A stretch of 64,000 nucleotides of DNA, taken from the NCBI GenBank assembly GCA_964637135.1, contig CAZWTX010000003.1, forward strand, positions 1 through 64,000, in the 5' to 3' direction. Below are positions 61,252-64,000 of the stretch, in pieces. The DNA comes from an uncultured Methanospirillum sp. (GTDB lineage Archaea > Halobacteriota > Methanomicrobia > Methanomicrobiales > Methanospirillaceae). The notes under the pieces were generated by a model, which worked only from the letters and a program-made list of their open reading frames with translations, did no database searches and had not been told where the DNA came from. A program made the translations under genes and the position numbers. Positions within the stretch are counted from its first letter, which is position 1. Each line of letters starts with the position of its first letter.

Positions 61252-62454
61252 ATGAATATTAAGAATTTTTATCTGATCCCACTGATTTCCCTCATTTTCA
61301 TCCTTATCTGCACCGGACCGGTACAGGCGTATTACCTTACCCTCGACGCTCCTGCACAGGTCAGGGCGGGAGAAACCATCACGGTAAACGGAAGCACCAA
61401 CACTCCGCCACCAGATAAGATCGACATCGTGCTTTCTCATTCCATCAATATTCCCGTGGAAAAAGCAAGGACATCTATAGAGATTACAGATAAGGGCGAA
61501 ACCAAATTCAATGCCACGTTTGACACAACCGGATTTGATAAAGGCAACTACAAGATAGAAGCGCTATCCGAATCCAAGCGTGATTTTTCAGGTGGATCGC
61601 GCTCATTAATGGTCATCAAACTTATTGACCGGAGTGATCTCGTCAGGATCACGTCTCCGACCTACCAGGATTATACCGGTACACTCCTCATAGAAGCAAA
61701 AATCACCGATTACCAGGATAATGCCATCCAGATGGAGGTAAAGAAGGGAGACGAGATCATCTTCGGTCCGGAGTCTGTTCCGGTGAACAAGAAAGATCTC
61801 AACCAGGAGATTCCCATCAAAACAGGCGGAGTATACACCATATCCCTGACTGATTACGACGGATACATCGGCTCGTATGATATCCATGTCGGGGAGGAAG
61901 AGAGTGTAAAACAGCCGGTGGAGGTTGTAACCACCCCGGTCTCCCCGAAACCAACCACATCCCCTTCTGCCAATACCAGTGAACCAGTGTCAGCACCGAT
62001 GACACAGGCACCATCTGCAGCGATTGAAAATCCGGCATCCCTTAAGACTGCGGTCTCACGCGATTCTCCGGCGTACCTCAGGATTGTTGTTTCTGGAACA
62101 CCGGTCCAGGTCAGGTCTTCTGAGAACGAAGACTGGGTTCTCGAATATAAAACCAGCCCTGATGAGGCAGCATTAAAGGTCAATGACGAAATCGGAACTG
62201 CAGCTGAGTCATTTTCTATCGATGAGAATATTTCAGAGATATATGTCAAGGTGTATCCATACAGTTACTCGAAGTCAGCAGATGTGGAGATAACAGCCGG
62301 ACCTGCCTCGGCAGTTGAACTCTCTGATGATGCAGCAAAGGCATTCAATGCTCCTCCACGGTATAATTCAGGTACGGGAACCTCCAGCACCCCGCTTCCT
62401 TTCTGGCTTGTCCTGGCAGGGCTGATATGCGCTCTCTGGGTAATCAGGAGATAA
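61252..62454 (+). CDS. Secreted surface protein with C-terminal sorting-signal-like tail
   Basis: Signal peptide, P/S/T-rich linker, tail TPLPFWLVLAGLICALWVIRR. Confidence 0.82.
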   Translation: MNIKNFYLIPLISLIFILICTGPVQAYYLTLDAPAQVRAGETITVNGSTNTPPPDKIDIVLSHSINIPVEKARTSIEITDKGETKFNATFDTTGFDKGNYKIEALSESKRDFSGGSRSLMVIKLIDRSDLVRITSPTYQDYTGTLLIEAKITDYQDNAIQMEVKKGDEIIFGPESVPVNKKDLNQEIPIKTGGVYTISLTDYDGYIGSYDIHVGEEESVKQPVEVVTTPVSPKPTTSPSANTSEPVSAPMTQAPSAAIENPASLKTAVSRDSPAYLRIVVSGTPVQVRSSENEDWVLEYKTSPDEAALKVNDEIGTAAESFSIDENISEIYVKVYPYSYSKSADVEITAGPASAVELSDDAAKAFNAPPRYNSGTGTSSTPLPFWLVLAGLICALWVIRR

Positions 62455-62570
62455 TCACCACTCTCCGTACGTTCTGATGAACTTCACCTGCATGGCAACC
62501 ACGTTTCGGTAAGAAACGAAAAAGAGACAACAGAATCTTTTTTATCACCAAGATCCCACTAAATAGAGGA

Positions 62571-62654
62571 GCCGAGATAGTCTAGTCCGGTAAGGCGGTG
62601 GTCTTGAAAACCACTGGTGCTTGCACCTCGGGAGTTCAAATCTCCCTTTCGGCG
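62571..62654 (+). tRNA. tRNA-Ser (anticodon TGA)
   Basis: GCCGAGA/TTTCGGC acceptor stem, GTGGT-CTTGAAA-ACCAC anticodon arm, long variable arm, GTTCAAATC; T-tract downstream. Confidence 0.97.
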
Positions 62655-62703
62655 CTATTCTTTTTTGTTATCTTTTTATCCTATTAGTTCATATACAAAA
62701 CAC

Positions 62704-64000
62704 ATGGGACAAAAGGGGAGAGTGGGTCCATCATTTTTCCATAGAACGGGAGTATTGCTTGCCGTTCTCATCATATGTATTTCCGGGGTGATTGCAGAAG
62801 AAACACCGGTTATTGCATTACAAAACAGCCATGAATCACTTGTAGCCGATTTTTCGGCAGACATCAGATCAGGAAATGTACCCCTGACTGTTACGTTTAC
62901 CGATATCACACAGGGCGTGGTAACTGAAAGGAGCTGGGATTTCGGAGATGGGGCCGGGGATAGTGTACAAAATCCCGTTCACATCTATTCCGCTCCAGGG
63001 GTGTATTCGGTGACACTCTCGGTAACGAGTTCTTCAGGATCAGATCAGAAGACCAGGATCGGGTATATTTCAGTCCAGCCAAGGGTTGCTTCTGAACCGG
63101 AACCATCAATAAGCCCCGAACCTCCGGCTATCCCTGAATCTCCTGCAATTGCCGAGGGAATGCAAACCAACCCGGAACCTGACACCCCGGTTCCAGTAAT
63201 AACCGCAAGTGATACGCCTGAAGCCGTCAATACCCCTGAATCTCCCGCTACACCAGTGCCCGTACCAGGTATCCCGGCTCCCGATTTTACCAGTACCCCC
63301 GCTGCCCCCCATTCATCTGAATCCGTGATCTTTACCGGCTCTTCACCCGGAGAAGTAACTGCCTGGATATGGGACTTCGGAGACGGGACAACAGGAGATG
63401 GACAGGAAGCAAACCATACGTACCAGGATCCAGGAACATACCTGGTAACCCTGAAAACCGGAACACCAGCAGGTGAGGCAGCAAGCGGGAAAGAGATCAC
63501 GGTTTCCATGCCCCAGGCCGCTCCGGCAGCAGCCTTTACCTCAACACCCGGAGCCACCCCCCTTGAGGTTATATTCAATGATTCGTCCCGTGGACCGGTA
63601 ACTGGCTGGTCGTGGGATTTTGGAGATGGAGCATCTTCATCAGAGCAAAATCCGGCCCACTCCTTCTCCCGTGAGGGGACATATCTGGTCAGCCTGACAG
63701 TAACCGGGGATGGCGGTATGAATACAACTACCGAACCGGTCGTCCTCACGAAGCCTGCTGAACCGGTCAGGGCCTCCTTCTCTTCCTCCGTTATCCAGGG
63801 ATATGCCCCGCTTGAGGTTTCCTTCACTGACACTTCATCAGGCGCCGCACAGACATATGCCTGGGATTTCGGGGATGGGAATACTTCCCCGGAACAACAC
63901 CCGGTTCATATCTATGACCATGCAGGCGCCTATACCGTCACCCTCACGGTAACCGGTGAGACCGGGGAATCCGGATCTACCAGGGAAATCCTTGTAAAAC
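62704..64000 (+). CDS. Secreted PKD-repeat surface protein (partial, runs off the window)
   Basis: ATG at 62704, signal peptide, four WDFGDG PKD repeats, P/E-rich linker after the first repeat. Confidence 0.92.
   Translation, partial: MGQKGRVGPSFFHRTGVLLAVLIICISGVIAEETPVIALQNSHESLVADFSADIRSGNVPLTVTFTDITQGVVTERSWDFGDGAGDSVQNPVHIYSAPGVYSVTLSVTSSSGSDQKTRIGYISVQPRVASEPEPSISPEPPAIPESPAIAEGMQTNPEPDTPVPVITASDTPEAVNTPESPATPVPVPGIPAPDFTSTPAAPHSSESVIFTGSSPGEVTAWIWDFGDGTTGDGQEANHTYQDPGTYLVTLKTGTPAGEAASGKEITVSMPQAAPAAAFTSTPGATPLEVIFNDSSRGPVTGWSWDFGDGASSSEQNPAHSFSREGTYLVSLTVTGDGGMNTTTEPVVLTKPAEPVRASFSSSVIQGYAPLEVSFTDTSSGAAQTYAWDFGDGNTSPEQHPVHIYDHAGAYTVTLTVTGETGESGSTREILVK

Noticed and set aside
63045..63833. 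262-aa minus-strand ORF
   Set aside because: Antisense shadow of the plus-strand PKD gene

Overview
Core-genome segment of a methanogenic archaeon. The gene content (mfnD/mfnF, GGGP synthase, archaeosortase A, TBP, TFS, RaSEA, gatCAB, PKD surface protein) suggests Methanomicrobiales, probably Methanospirillum-like (inference). It is a scaffold with one 10-N gap at 24368-24377. I find about 60 CDS and two tRNAs (Leu-TAA, Ser-TGA), and no CRISPR array or mobile element. Features the ORF track misses: cdrS (RHH regulator) upstream of ftsZ2, a small membrane/zinc-ribbon gene with no canonical start after mfnF, a second TBP C-terminus after the gap, a decayed GT4 gene in the glycogen cluster and a partial PKD gene at the right edge. 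The best leads are: (1) tandem non-HbYX Cdc48 ATPases plus sHsp, one Cdc48 carrying a ~64-aa coiled-coil insert in D1; (2) a ~300-nt highly structured leader in front of a coiled-coil gene downstream of ftsZ2; (3) an 11-bp-phased array of TGTCnGAC boxes in the cdrS leader; (4) the non-AUG micro-gene; (5) a cupin/cytosine-deaminase fusion. All family calls come from motif recognition, with no database search.
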